In this document: positions 42,565 to 56,920 of the stretch, piece by piece
Position numbering within the stretch: the stretch's first letter is position 1
Layout of the letters: each line of letters begins with the position of its first letter
NCBI GenBank assembly: GCA_964057225.1
Contig: OZ059900.1
Coordinates: 20,770,001 to 20,834,000 of the forward strand
Direction: 5' to 3'
From: Auanema rhodensis
Taxonomy: Eukaryota; Animalia; Nematoda
DNA length: 64,000 nucleotides
Notes under the pieces: model-generated
The model's database searches: none
What the model was told of the DNA's origin: nothing
The model's input: only the letters and a program-made list of their open reading frames with translations
Program-made: the position numbers and the translations under genes

Positions 42565-44956
42565 TAAGTCAAAACCTTGTTTACAGCGAAATTTCCAAAA
42601 ACTGGTTTTCCAGCATAATAAAATATTTCTCATGGGAAATACTGTGTTTTTGTATTTTTATAGTGTTCAGCATGTAAAATGCTTCATTTTAGTATGTAAC
42701 ACGCTGAAATTCGTTTCATTTGACGACTCATATGAACAAAAATCGATTTAATCAATATTAGCCATAAGGGGCGTGCCCTCAGAATATGCTAATTTCCTTA
42801 ATTTTCTAACCCCTGTTTTTTTGTCGTGAAAGTGGAACTAGACGTTGTAGGAACAATTTTGAGCTAGGTTTCATTGACATTGCATGAGTTTGAACACATG
42901 AAATCGTAAGTCAAAACCTTGTTTACAGCGAAATTTCCAAAAACTGGTTTTCCAGCATAATAAAATATTTCTCATGGGAAATACTGTGTTTTTGTATTTT
43001 TATAGTGTTCAGCATGTAAAATGTTTCATTTTAGTATGTAACACGCTGAAATTCGTTGCATTTGACGACTCATATGAACAAAAATCGATTTAATCAATAT
43101 TAGCCATAAAGGGCGTGCCCTCAGAATATGCTAATTTCCTTAATTTTCTAACCCCTGTTTTGTTGTCGTGAAAGTGGAACTAGACGTTGTAGGAACAATT
43201 TTGAGCTAGGTTTCATTGACATTGCATGAGTTTGAACACATGAAATCGTAAGTCAAAACCTTGTTTACAGCGAACTTTCCAAAAACTGGTTTTCCAGCAT
43301 AATAAAATATTTCTTATGGGAAATACTGTGTTTTTGTATTTTTCTAGTGTTCAGCATGTGAAATGCTTCATTTTAGTATGTAACACGCTGAAATTCGTTG
43401 CATTTGACGACTCATATGAACAAAAATCGATTTAATCAATATTAGCCATAAGGGGCGTGCCCTCAGAATATGCTAATTTCCTTAATTTTCTAACCCCTGT
43501 TTTGTTGTCGTGAAAGTGGAACTAGACGTTGTAGGAACAATTTTGAGCTAGGTTTCATTGACATTGCATGAGTTTGAACACATGAAATCGTAAGTCAAAA
43601 CCTTGTTTACAGCGAAATTTCCAAAAACTGGTTTTCCAGCATAATAAAATATTTCTCATGGGAAATACTGTGTTTTTGTATTTTTCTAGTGTTCAGCATG
43701 TAAAATGCTTCATTTTAGTATGTAACACGCTGAAATTCGTTGCATTTGACGACTCATATGAACAAAAATCGATTTAATCAATATTAGCCATAAGGGGCGT
43801 GCCCTCAGAATATGCTAATTTCCTTAATTTTCTAACCCCTGTTTTTTGTCGTGAAAGTGGAACTAGACGTTGTAGGAACAATTTTGAGCTAGGTTTCATT
43901 GACATTGCATGAGTTTGAACACATGAAATCGTAAGTCAAAACCTTGTTTACAGCGAAATTTCCAAAAACTGGTTTTCCAGCATAATAAAATATTTCTCAT
44001 GGGAAATACTGTGTTTTTGTATTTTTATAGTGTTCAGCATGTAAAATGCTTCATTTTAGTATGTAACACGCTGAAATTCGTTGCATTTGACGACTCATAT
44101 GAACAAAAATCGATTTAATCAATATTAGCCATAAGGGGCGTGCCCTCAGAATATGCTAATTTCCTTAATTTTCTAACCCCTGTTTTTTTGTCGTGAAAGT
44201 GGAATTAGACGTTGTAGGAACAATTTTGAGCTAGGTTTCATTGACATTGCATGAGTTTGAACACATGAAATCGTAAGTCAAAACCTTGTTTACAGCGAAA
44301 CTTCCAAAAACTGGTTTTCCAGCATAATAAAATATTTCTCATGGGAAATACTGTGTTTTTGTATTTTTATGGTGTTCAGCATGTAAAATGCTTCATTTTA
44401 GTATGTAACACGCTGAAATTCGTTGCATTTGACGACTCATATGAACAAAAATCGATTTAATCAATATTAGCCATAAGGGTCGTGCCCTCAGAATATGCTA
44501 ATTTCCTTAATTTTCTAACCCCTGTTTTTTTGTCGTGAAAGTGGAACTAGACGTTGTAGGAACAGTTTTGAGCTAGGTTTCATTGACATTGCATGAGTTT
44601 GAACACATGAAATCGTAAGTCAAAACCTTGTTTACAGCGAAATTTCCAAAAAGTGGTTTTCCAGCATAATAAAATATTTCTCATGGGAAATACTGTGTTT
44701 TTGTATTTTTCTAGTGTTCAGCATGTAAAATGCTTCATTTAAGTATGTGACACGCTGAAATTCGTTGCATTTGACGACTCATATGAACAAAAATCGATTT
44801 AATCAATATTAGCCATAAGGGGCGTGCCCTCAGATTATGCTAATTTCCTTAATTTTCTAACCCCTGTTTTTTGTCGTGAAAGTGGAACTAGACGTTGTAG
44901 GAACAATTTTGAGCTAGGTTTCATTGACATTGCATGAGTTTGAACACATGAAATCG

Positions 44957-46324
44957 TAAGTCAAAACCTTGTTTACAGCGAAATTTCCAAAAACTGGTTT
45001 TCCAGCATAATAAAATATTTCTCATGGGAAATACTGTGTTTTTGTATTTTTCTAGTGTTCAGCATGCAAAATACTTCATTTTAGTATGTAACACGCTGAA
45101 ATTCGTTGCATTTGACGACTCATATGAACAAAAATCGATTTAATCAATATTAGCCATAAGGGGCGTGCCCTCAGAATATGCTAATTTCCTAAATTTTCTA
45201 ACCCCTGTTTTTTTGTCGTGAAAGTGGAACTAGACGTTGTACGAACAATTTTGAGCTAGGTTTCATTGACATTGCATGAGTTTGAACACATGAAATCGTA
45301 AGTCAAAACCTTGTTTACAGCGAAATTTCCAAAAACTGGTTTTCCAGCATAATAAAATATTTCTCATGGGAAAAACTGTGTTTTTGTATTTTTCTAGTGT
45401 TCAGCATGTAAAATGCTTCATTTTAGTATGTAACACGCTGAAATTCGTTGCATTTGACGACTCATATGAACAAAAATCGATTTAATCAATATTAGCCATA
45501 AGAGGCGTGCCCTCAGAATATGCTAATTTCCTTAATTTTCTAACCCCTGTTTTTTTGTCGTGAAAGTGGAACTAGACGTTGTAGGAACGATTTTGAGCTA
45601 GGTTTCATTGACATTGCATGAGTTTGAACACATGAAATCGTAAGTCAAAACCTTGTTTACAGCGAAATTTCCAAAAACTGGTTTTCCAGCATAATAAAAT
45701 ATTTCTCATGGGAAATACTGTGTTTTTGTATTTTTCTAGTGTTCAGCATGCAAAATACTTCATTTTAGTATGTAACACGCTGAAATTCGTTGCATTTGAC
45801 GACTCATATGAACAAAAATCGATTTAATCAATATTAGCCATAAGGGGCGTGCCCTCAGAATATGCTAATTTCCTAAATTTTCTAACCCCTGTTTTTTTGT
45901 CGTGAAAGTGGAACTAGACGTTGTACGAACAATTTTGAGCTAGGTTTCATTGACATTGCATGAGTTTGAACACATGAAATCGTAAGTCAAAACCTTGTTT
46001 ACAGCGAAATTTCCAAAAACTGGTTTTCCAGCATAATAAAATATTTCTCATGGGAAAAACTGTGTTTTTGTATTTTTCTAGTGTTCAGCATGTAAAATGC
46101 TTCATTTTAGTATGTAACACGCTGAAATTCGTTGCATTTGACGACTCATATGAACAAAAATCGATTTAATCAATATTAGCCATAAGAGGCGTGCCCTCAG
46201 AATATGCTAATTTCCTTAATTTTCTAACCCCTGTTTTTTTGTCGTGAAAGTGGAACTAGACGTTGTACGAACAATTTTGAGCTAGGTTTCATTGACATTG
46301 CATGAGTTTGAACACATGAAATCG
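44957..46324 (-). repeat. Dimer duplication (684-bp period)
   Basis: CATGCAAAATACTT occurs at 45067 and 45751, each followed by the CCTAAA, GAAAAACT and AGAGG variants. Confidence 0.85.
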
Positions 46325-48034
46325 TAAGTCAAAACCTTGTTTACAGCGAAATTTCCAAAAACTGGTTTTCCAGCATAATAAAATATTTCTCATGGGAAAT
46401 ACTGTGTTTTTGTATTTTTATAGTGTTCAGCATGTAAAATGTTTCATTTTAGTATGTAACACGCTGAAATTCGTTGCATTTGACGACTCATATGAACAAA
46501 AATCGATTTAATCAATATAAGCCATAAAGGGCGTGCCCTCAGAATATGCTAATTTCCTTAATTTTCTAACCACTGTTTTTTTGTCGTGAAAGTGGAACTA
46601 GACGTTGTAGGAACAATTTTGAGCTAGGTTTCATTGACATTGCATGAGTTTGAACACATGAAATCGTAAGTCAAAACCTTGTTTACAGCGAAATTTCCAA
46701 AAACTCGTTTTCCAGCATAATAAAATATTTCTCATGGGAAATACTGTGTTTTTGTATTTTTTTAGTGTTCAGCATGTAAAATGCTTCATTTTAGTATGTA
46801 ACACGCTGAAATTAATTGCATTTGACGACTCATATGAACAAAAATCGATTTAATCAATATTAGCCATAAGGGGCGTGCCCTCAGAATATGCTAATTTCCT
46901 TAATTTTCTAACCCCTGTTTTTTTGTCGTGAAAGTGGAACTAGACGTTGTACGAACAATTTTGAGCTAGGTTTCATTGACATTGCATGAGTTTGAACACA
47001 TGAAATCGTAAGTCAAAACCTTGTTTACAGCGAAATTTCCAAAAACTGGTTTTCCAGCATAATAAAATATTTCTCATGGGAAATACTGTGTTTTTGTATT
47101 TTTCTAGTGTTCAGCATGTGAAATGCTTCATTTTAGTATGTAACACGCTGAAATTCGTTGCATTTGACGACTCATATGAACCAAAATCGATTTAATCAAT
47201 ATTAGCCATAAGGGGCGTGCCCTCAGAATATGCTAATTTCCTTAATTTTCTAACCCCTGTTTTGTTGTCGTGAAAGTGGAACTAGACGTTGTAGGAACAA
47301 TTTTGAGCTAGGTTTCATTGACATTGCATGAGTTTGAACACATGAAATCGTAAGTCAAAACCTTGTTTACAGCGAAATTTCCAAAAACTGGTTTTCCAGC
47401 ATAATAAAATATTTCTCATGGGAAATACTGTGTTTTTGTATTTTTATAGTGTTCAGCATGTAAAATGCTTCATTTTAGTATGTAACACGCTGAAATTCGT
47501 TGCATTTGACGACTCATATGAACAAAAATCGATTTAATCAATATTAGCCATAAGAGGCGTGCCCTCAGAATATGCTAATTTCCTTAATTTTCTAACCCCT
47601 GTTTTTTTGTCGTGAAAGTGGAACTAGACGTTGTAATAACAATTTTGAGCTAGGTTTCATTGACATTGCATGAGTTTGAACACATGAAATCGTAAGTCAA
47701 AACCTTGTTTACAGCGAAATTTCCAAAAACTGGTTTTCCAGCATAATAAAATATTTCTCATGGGAAATACTGTGTTTTTGTATTTTTCTAGTGTTCAGCA
47801 TGTGAAATGCTTCATTTTAGTATGTAACACGCTGAAATTCGTTGCATTTGACGACTCATATGAACAAAAATCGATTTAATCAATATTAGCCATAAGGGGC
47901 GTGCCCTCAGAATATGCTAATTTCCTTAATTTTCTAACCCCTGTTTTGTTGTCGTGAAAGTGGAACTAGACGTTGTAGGAACAATTTTGAGCTAGGTTTC
48001 ATTGACATTGCATGAGTTTGAACACATGAAATCG

Positions 48035-51000
48035 TAAGTCAAAACCTTGTTTACAGCGAAATTTCCAAAAACTGGTTTTCCAGCATAATAAAATATTTCT
48101 CATGGGAAATACTGTGTTTTTGTATTTTTCTAGTGTTCAGCATGTAAAATGCTTCATTTTAGTATGTAACACGCTGAAATTCGTTGCATTTGACGACTCA
48201 TATGAACAAAAATCGATTTAATCAATATTAGCCATAAGAGGCGTGCCCTCAGAATATGCTAATTTCCTTAATTTTCTAACCCCTGTTTTTTTGTCGTGAA
48301 AGTGGAACTAGACGTTGTAATAACAATTTTGAGCTAGGTTTCATTGACATTGCATGAGTTTGAACACATGAAATCGTAAGTCAAAACCTTGTTTACAGCG
48401 AAATTTCCAAAAACTGGTTTTCCAGCATAATAAAATATTTCTCATGGGAAATACTGTGTTTTTGTATTTTTCTAGTGTTCAGCATGTGAAATGCTTCATT
48501 TTAGTATGTAACACGCTGAAATTCGTTGCATTTGACGACTCATATGAACAAAAATCGATTTAATCAATATTAGCCATAAGGGGCGTGCCCTCAGAATATG
48601 CTAATTTCCTTAATTTTCTAACCCCTGTTTTGTTGTCGTGAAAGTGGAACTAGACGTTGTAGGAACAATTTTGAGCTAGGTTTCATTGACATTGCATGAG
48701 TTTGAACACATGAAATCGTAAGTCAAAACCTTGTTTACAGCGAAATTTCCAAAAACTGGTTTTCCAGCATAATAAAATATTTCTCATGGGAAATACTGTG
48801 TTTTTGTATTTTTCTAGTGTTCAGCATGTAAAATGCTTCATTTTAGTATGTAACACGCTGAAATTCGTTTCATTTGACGACTCATATGAACAAAAATCGA
48901 TTTAATCAATATTAGCCATAAGGGGCGTGCCCTCAGAATATGCTAATTTCCTTAATTTTCTAACCCCTGTTTTTTTGTCGTGAAAGTGGAACTAGACGTT
49001 GTAGGAACAATTTTGAGCTAGGTTTCATTGACATTGCATGAGTTTGAACACATGAAATCGTAAGTCAAAACCTTGTTTACAGCGAAATTTCCAAAAACTG
49101 GTTTTCCAGCATAATAAAATATTTCTCATGGGAAATACTGTGTTTTTGTATTTTTATAGTGTTCAGCATGTAAAATGTTTCATTTTAGTATGTAACACGC
49201 TGAAATTCGTTGCATTTGACGACTCATATGAACAAAAATCGATTTAATCAATATTAGCCATAAAGGGCGTGCCCTCAGAATATGCTAATTTCCTTAATTT
49301 TCTAACCCCTGTTTTATTGTCGTGAAAGTGGAACTAGACGTTGTAGGAACAATTTTGAGCTAGGTTTCATTGACATTGCATGAGTTTGAACACATGAAAT
49401 CGTAAGTCAAAACCTTGTTTACAGCGAACTTTCCAAAAACTGGTTTTCCAGCATAATAAAATATTTCTTATGGGAAATACTGTGTTTTTGTATTTTTCTA
49501 GTGTTCAGCATGTGAAATGCTTCATTTTAGTATGTAACACGCTGAAATTCGTTGCATTTGACGACTCATATGAACAAAAATCGATTTAATCAATATTAGC
49601 CATAAGGGGCGTGCCCTCAGAATATGCTAATTTCCTTAATTTTCTAACCCCTGTTTTGTTGTCGTGAAAGTGGAACTAAACGTTGTAGGAACAATTTTGA
49701 GCTAGGTTTCATTGACATTGCATGAGTTTGAACACATGAAATCGTAAGTCAAAACCTTGTTTACAGCGAAATTTCCAAAAACTGGTTTTCCAGCATAATA
49801 AAATATTTCTCATGGGAAATACTATGTTTTTGTATTTTTCTAGTGTTCAGCATGTAAAATGCTTCATTTTAGTATGTAACACGCTGAAATTCGTTGCATT
49901 TGACGACTCATATGAACAAAAATCGATTTAATCAATATTAGCCATAAGGGGCGTGCCCTCAGAATATGCTAATTTCCTTAATTTTCTAACCCCTGTTTTT
50001 TGTCGTGAAAGTGGAACTAGACGTTGTAGGAACAACTTTGAGCTAGGTTTCATTGACATTGCATGAGTTTGAACACATGAAATCGTAAGTCAAAACCTTG
50101 TTTACAGTGAAATTTCCAAAAACTGGTTTTCCAGCATAATAAAATATTTCTCATGGGAAATACTGTGTTTTTGTATTTTTATAGTGTTCAGCATGTAAAA
50201 TGCTTCATTTTAGTATGTAACACGCTGAAATTCGTTGCATTTGACGACTCATATGAACAAAAATCGATTTAATCAATATTAGCCATAAGAGGCGTGCCCT
50301 CAGAATATGCTAATTTCCTTAATTTTCTAACCCCTGTTTTTTTGTCGTGAAAGTGGAACTAGACGTTGTAATAACAATTTTGAGCTAGGTTTCATTGACA
50401 TTGCATGAGTTTGAACACATGAAATCGTAAGTCAAAACCTTGTTTACAGCGAAATTTCCAAAAACTGGTTTTCCAGCATAATAAAATATTTCTCATGGGA
50501 AATACTGTGTTTTTGTATTTTTCTAGTGTTCAGCATGTGAAATGCTTCATTTTAGTATGTAACACGCTGAAATTCGTTGCATTTGACGACTCATATGAAC
50601 AAAAATCGATTTAATCAATATTAGCCATAAGGGGCGTGCCCTCAGAATATGCTAATTTCCTTAATTTTCTAACCCCTGTTTTGTTGTCGTGAAAGTGGAA
50701 CTAGACGTTGTAGGAACAATTTTGAGCTAGGTTTCATTGACATTGCATGAGTTTGAACACATGAAATCGTAAGTCAAAACCTTGTTTACAGCGAAATTTC
50801 CAAAAACTGGTTTTCCAGCATAATAAAATATTTCTCATGGGAAATACTGTGTTTTTGTATTTTTCTAGTGTTCAGCATGTAAAATGCTTCATTTTAGTAT
50901 GTAACACGCTGAAATTCGTTTCATTTGACGACTCATATGAACAAAAATCGATTTAATCAATATTAGCCATAAGGGGCGTGCCCTCAGAATATGCTAATTT

Positions 51001-52136
51001 CCTTAATTTTCTAACCCCTGTTTTTTTGTCGTGAAAGTGGAACTAGACGTTGTAGGAACAATTTTGAGCTAGGTTTCATTGACATTGCATGAGTTTGAAC
51101 ACATGAAATCGTAAGTCAAAACCTTGTTTACAGCGAAATTTCCAAAAACTGGTTTTCCAGCATAATAAAATATTTCTCATGGGAAATACTGTGTTTTTGT
51201 ATTTTTATAGTGTTCAGCATGTAAAATGTTTCATTTTAGTATGTAACACGCTGAAATTCGTTGCATTTGACGACTCATATGAACAAAAATCGATTTAATC
51301 AATATTAGCCATAAAGGGCGTGCCCTCAGAATATGCTAATTTCCTTAATTTTCTAACCCCTGTTTTGTTGTCGTGAAAGTGGAACTAGACGTTGTAGGAA
51401 CAATTTTGAGCTAGGTTTCATTGACATTGCATGAGTTTGAACACATGAAATCGTAAGTCAAAACCTTGTTTACAGCGAACTTTCCAAAAACTGGTTTTCC
51501 AGCATAATAAAATATTTCTTATGGGAAATACTGTGTTTTTGTATTTTTCTAGTGTTCAGCATGTGAAATGCTTCATTTTAGTATGTAACACGCTGAAATT
51601 CGTTGCATTTGACGACTCATATGAACAAAAATCGATTTAATCAATATTAGCCATAAGGGGCGTGCCCTCAGAATATGCTAATTTCCTTAATTTTCTAACC
51701 CCTGTTTTGTTGTCGTGAAAGTGGAACTAGACGTTGTAGGAACAATTTTGAGCTAGGTTTCATTGACATTGCATGAGTTTGAACACATGAAATCGTAAGT
51801 CAAAACCTTGTTTACAGCGAAATTTCCAAAAACTGGTTTTCCAGCATAATAAAATATTTCTCATGGGAAATACTGTGTTTTTGTATTTTTCTAGTGTTCA
51901 GCATGTAAAATGCTTCATTTTAGTATGTAACACGCTGAAATTCGTTGCATTTGACGACTCATATGAACAAAAATCGATTTAATCAATATTAGCCATAAGG
52001 GGCGTGCCCTCAGAATATGCTAATTTCCTTAATTTTCTAACCCCTGTTTTTTGTCGTGAAAGTGGAACTAGACGTTGTAGGAACAATTTTGAGCTAGGTT
52101 TCATTGACATTGCATGAGTTTGAACACATGAAATCG
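48035..52136 (-). repeat. 6-mer HOR, two tandem copies (2051 bp each)
   Basis: Same marker order as 40514-42564. The CGTTTC variant is at 48870 and 50921 (+2051). Confidence 0.85.
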
Positions 52137-55100
52137 TAAGTCAAAACCTTGTTTACAGCGAAATTTCCAAAAACTGGTTTTCCAGCATAATAAAATATTT
52201 CTCATGGGAAATACTGTGTTTTTGTATTTTTATAGTGTTCAGCATGTAAAATACTTCATTTTAGTATGTAACACGCTGAAATTCGTTGCATTTGACGACT
52301 CATATGAACAAAAATCGATTTAATCAATATTAGCCATAAGGGGCGTGCCCTCAGAATATGCTAATTTCCTTAATTTTCTAACCCCTGTTTTTTTGTCGTG
52401 AAAGTGGAACTAGACGTTGTAGGAACAATTTTGAGCTAGGTTTCATTGACATTGCATGAGTTTGAACACATGAAATCGTAAGTCAAAACCTTGTTTACAG
52501 CGAAATTTCCAAAAACTGGTTTTCCAGCATAATAAAATATTTCTCATGGGAAATACTGTGTTTTTGTATTTTTCTAGTGTTCAGCATGTAAAATACTTCA
52601 TTTTAGTATGTAACACGCTGAAATTCGTTGCATTTGACGACTCATATGAACAAAAATCGATTTAATCAATATTAGCCATAAGGGGCGTGCCCTCAGAATA
52701 TGCTAATTTCCTAAATTTTCTAACCCCTGTTTTTTTGTCGTGAAAGTGGAACTAGACGTTGTAGGAACAATTTTGAGCTAGGTTTCATTGACATTGCATG
52801 AGTTTGAACACATGAAATCGTAAGTCAAAACCTTGTTTACAGCGAAATTTCCAAAAACTGGTTTTCCAGCATAATAAAATATTTCTCATGGGAAATACTG
52901 TGTTTTTGTATTTTTCTAGTGTTCAGCATGTAAAATGCTTCATTTTAGTATGTAACACGCTGAAATTCGTTGCATTTGACGACTCATATGAACAAAAATC
53001 GATTTAATCAATATTAGCCATAAGGGGCGTGCCCTCAGAATATGCTAATTTCCTTAATTTTCTAACCCCTGTTTTTTTGTCGTGAAAGTGAAACTAGACG
53101 TTGTAGGAACAATTTTGAGCTAGGTTTCATTGACATTGCATGAGTTTGAACACATGAAATCGTAAGTCAAAACCTTGTTTACAGCGAAATTTCCAAAAAC
53201 TGGTTTTCCAGCATAATAAAATATTTCTCATGGGAAATACTGTGTTTTTGTATTTTTATAGTGTTCAGCATGTAAAATGCTTCATTTTAGTATGTAACAC
53301 GCTGAAATTCGTTGCATTTGACGACTCATATGAACAAAAATCGATTTAATCAATATTAGCCATAAGGGGCGTGCCCTCAGAATATGCTAATTTCCTTAAT
53401 TTTCTAACCCCTGTTTTTTTGTCGTGAAAGTGGAATTAGACGTTGTAGGAACAATTTTGAGCTAGGTTTCATTGACATTGCATGAGTTTGAACACATGAA
53501 ATCGTAAGTCAAAACCTTGTTTACAGCGAAATTTCCAAAAACTGGTTTTCCAGCATAATAAAATATTTCTCATGGGAAATACAGTGTTTTTGTATTTTTC
53601 TAGTGTTCAGCATGTAAAATACTTCATTTTAGTATGTAACACGCTGAAATTCGTTGCATTTGACGACTCATATGAACAAAAATCGATTTAATCAATATTA
53701 GCCATAAGGGGCGTGCCCTCAGAATATGCTGATTTCCTTAATTTTCTAACCCCTGTTTTTTTGTCGTGAAAGTGGAACTAGACGTTGTAGGAACAATTTT
53801 GAGCTAGGTTTCATTGACATTGCATGAGTTTGAACACATGAAATCGTAAGTCAAAACCTTGTTTACAGCGAAATTTCCAAAAACTGGTTTTCCAGCATAA
53901 TAAAATATTTCTCATGGGAAATACTGTGTTTTTGTATTTTTCTAGTGTTCAGCATGTGAAATGCTTCATTTTAGTATGTAACACGCTGAAATTCGTTGCA
54001 TTTGACGACTCATATGAACAAAAATCGATTTAATCAATATTAGCCATAAGGGGCGTGCCCTCAGAATATGCTAATTTCCTTAATTTTCTAACCCCTGTTT
54101 TTTTGTCGTGAAAGTGGAACTAGACGTTGTAGGAACAATTTTGAGCTAGGTTTCATTGACATTGCATGAGTTTGAACACATGAAATCGTAAGTCAAAAAC
54201 TTGTTTACAGCGAAATTTCCAAAAACTGGTTTTCCAGCATAATAAAATATTTCTCATGGGAAATACTGTGTTTTTGTATTTTTATAGTGTTCAGCATGTA
54301 AAATGCTTCATTTTAGTATGTAACACGCTGAAATTCGTTGCATTTGACGACTCATATGAACAAAAATCGATTTAATCAATATTAGCCATAAGAGGCGTGC
54401 CCTCAGAATATGCTAATTTCCTTAATTTTCTAACCCCTGTTTTTTTGTCGTGAAAGTGGAACTAGACGTTGTAGGAACAATTTTGAGCTAGGTTTCATTG
54501 ACATTGCATGAGTTTGAACACATGAAATCGTAAGTCAAAAACTTGTTTACAGCGAAATTTCCAAAAACTGGTTTTCCAGCATAATAAAATATTTCTCATG
54601 GGAAATACTGTGTTTTTGTATTTTTCTAGTGTTCAGCATGTGAAATGCTTCATTTTAGTATGTAACACGCTGAAATTCGTTGCATTTGACGACTCATATG
54701 AACAAAAATCGATTTAATCAATATTAGCCATAAGGGGCGTGCCCTCAGAATATGCTAATTTCCTTAATTTTCTAACCCCTGTTTTTTGTCGTGAAAGTGG
54801 AACTAGACGTTGTAGGAACAATTTTGAGCTAGGTTTCATTGACATTGCATGAGTTTGAACACATGAAATCGTAAGTCAAAACCTTGTTTACAGCGAAATT
54901 TCCAAAAACTGGTTTTCCAGCATAATAAAATATTTCTCATGGGAAATACTGTGTTTTTGTATTTTTCTAGTGTTCAGCATGTAAAATGCTTCATTTTAGT
55001 ATGTAACACGCTGAAATTCGTTGCACTTGACGACTCATATGAACAAAAATCGATTTAATCAATATTAGCCATAAGGGGCGTGCCCTCAGAATATGCTAAT

Positions 55101-56920
55101 TTCCTTAATTTTCTAACCCCTGTTTTTTGTCGTGAAAGTGGAACTAGACGTTGTAGGAACAATTTTGAGCTAGGTTTCATTGACATTGCATGAGTTTGAA
55201 CACATGAAATCGTAAGTCAAAACCTTGTTTACAGCGAAATTTCCAAAAACTGGTTTTCCAGCATAATAAAATATTTCTCATGGGAAATACTGTGTTTTTG
55301 TATTTTTCTAGTGTTCAGCATGTAAAATGCTTCATTTTAGTATGTAACACGCTGAAATTCGTTGCACTTGACGACTCATATGAACAAAAATCGATTTAAT
55401 CAATATTAGCCATAAGGGGCGTGCCCTCAGAATATGCTAATTTCCTTAATTTTCTAACCCCTGTTTTTTGTCGTGAAAGTGGAACTAGACGTTGTAGGAA
55501 CAATTTTGAGCTAGGTTTCATTGACATTGCATGAGTTTGAACACATGAAATCGTAAGTCAAAACCTTGTTTACAGCGAAATTTCCAAAAACTGGTTTTCC
55601 AGCATAATAAAATATTTCTCATGGGAAATACTGTGTTTTTGTATTTTTCTAGTGTTCAGCATGTAAAATACTTCATTTTAGTATGTAACACGCTGAAATT
55701 CGTTGCATTTGACGACTCATATGAACAAAAATCGATTTAATCAATATTAGCCATAAGGGGCGTGCCCTCAGAATATGCTAATTTCCTAAATTTTCTAACC
55801 CCTGTTTTTTTGTCGTGAAAGTGGAACTAGACGTTGTACGAACAGTTTTGAGCTAGGTTTCATTGACATTGCATGAGTTTGAACACATGAAATCGTAAGT
55901 CAAAACCTTGTTTACAGCGAAATTTCCAAAAACTGGTTTTCCAGCATAATAAAATATTTCTCATGGGAAAAACTGTGTTTTTGTATTTTTCTAGTGTTCA
56001 GCATGTAAAATGCTTCATTTTAGTATGTAACACGCTGAAATTCGTTGCATTTGACGACTCATATGAACAAAAATCGATTTAATCAATATTAGCCATAAGG
56101 GGCGTGCCCTCAGAATATGCTAATTTCCTTAATTTTCTAACCCCTGTTTTTTTGTCGTGAAAGTGGAATTAGACGTTGTAGGAACAATTTTGAGCTAGGT
56201 TTCATTGACATTGCATGAGTTTGAACACATGAAATCGTAAGTCAAAACCTTGTTTACAGCGAAATTTCCAAAAACTGGTTTTCCAGCATAATAAAATATT
56301 TCTCATGGGAAATACAGTGTTTTTGTATTTTTCTAGTGTTCAGCATGTAAAATACTTCATTTTAGTATGTAACACGCTGAAATTCGTTGCATTTGACGAC
56401 TCATATGAACAAAAATCGATTTAATCAATATTAGCCATAAGGGGCGTGCCCTCAGAATATGCTAATTTCCTTAATTTTCTAACCCCTGTTTTTTTGTCGT
56501 GAACGTGGAACTAGACGTTGTAGGAACAATTTTGAGCTAGGTTTCATTGACATTGCATGAGTTTGAACACATGAAATCGTAAGTCAAAAACTTGTTTACA
56601 GCGAAATTTCCAAAAACTGGTTTTCCAGCATAATAAAATATTTCTCATGGGAAATACTGTGTTTTTGTATTTTTCTAGTGTTCAGCATGTGAAATGCTTC
56701 ATTTTAGTATGTAACACGCTGAAATTCGTTGCATTTGACGACTCATATGAACAAAAATCGATTTAATCAATATTAGCCATAAGGGGCGTGCCCTCAGAAT
56801 ATGCTAATTTCCTTAATTTTCTAACCCCTGTTTTTTGTCGTGAAAGTGGAACTAGACGTTGTAGGAACAATTTTGAGCTAGGTTTCATTGACATTGCATG
56901 AGTTTGAACACATGAAATCG

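Noticed and set aside
54781-55470. A7>A6 homopolymer changes as sequencing errors
   Set aside because: They co-segregate with linked SNPs in duplicated units (e.g. TGCACTTG at 55026/55367 and the 340-bp monomers at 11969/17439), so most are probably real alleles. They are not notable on their own.
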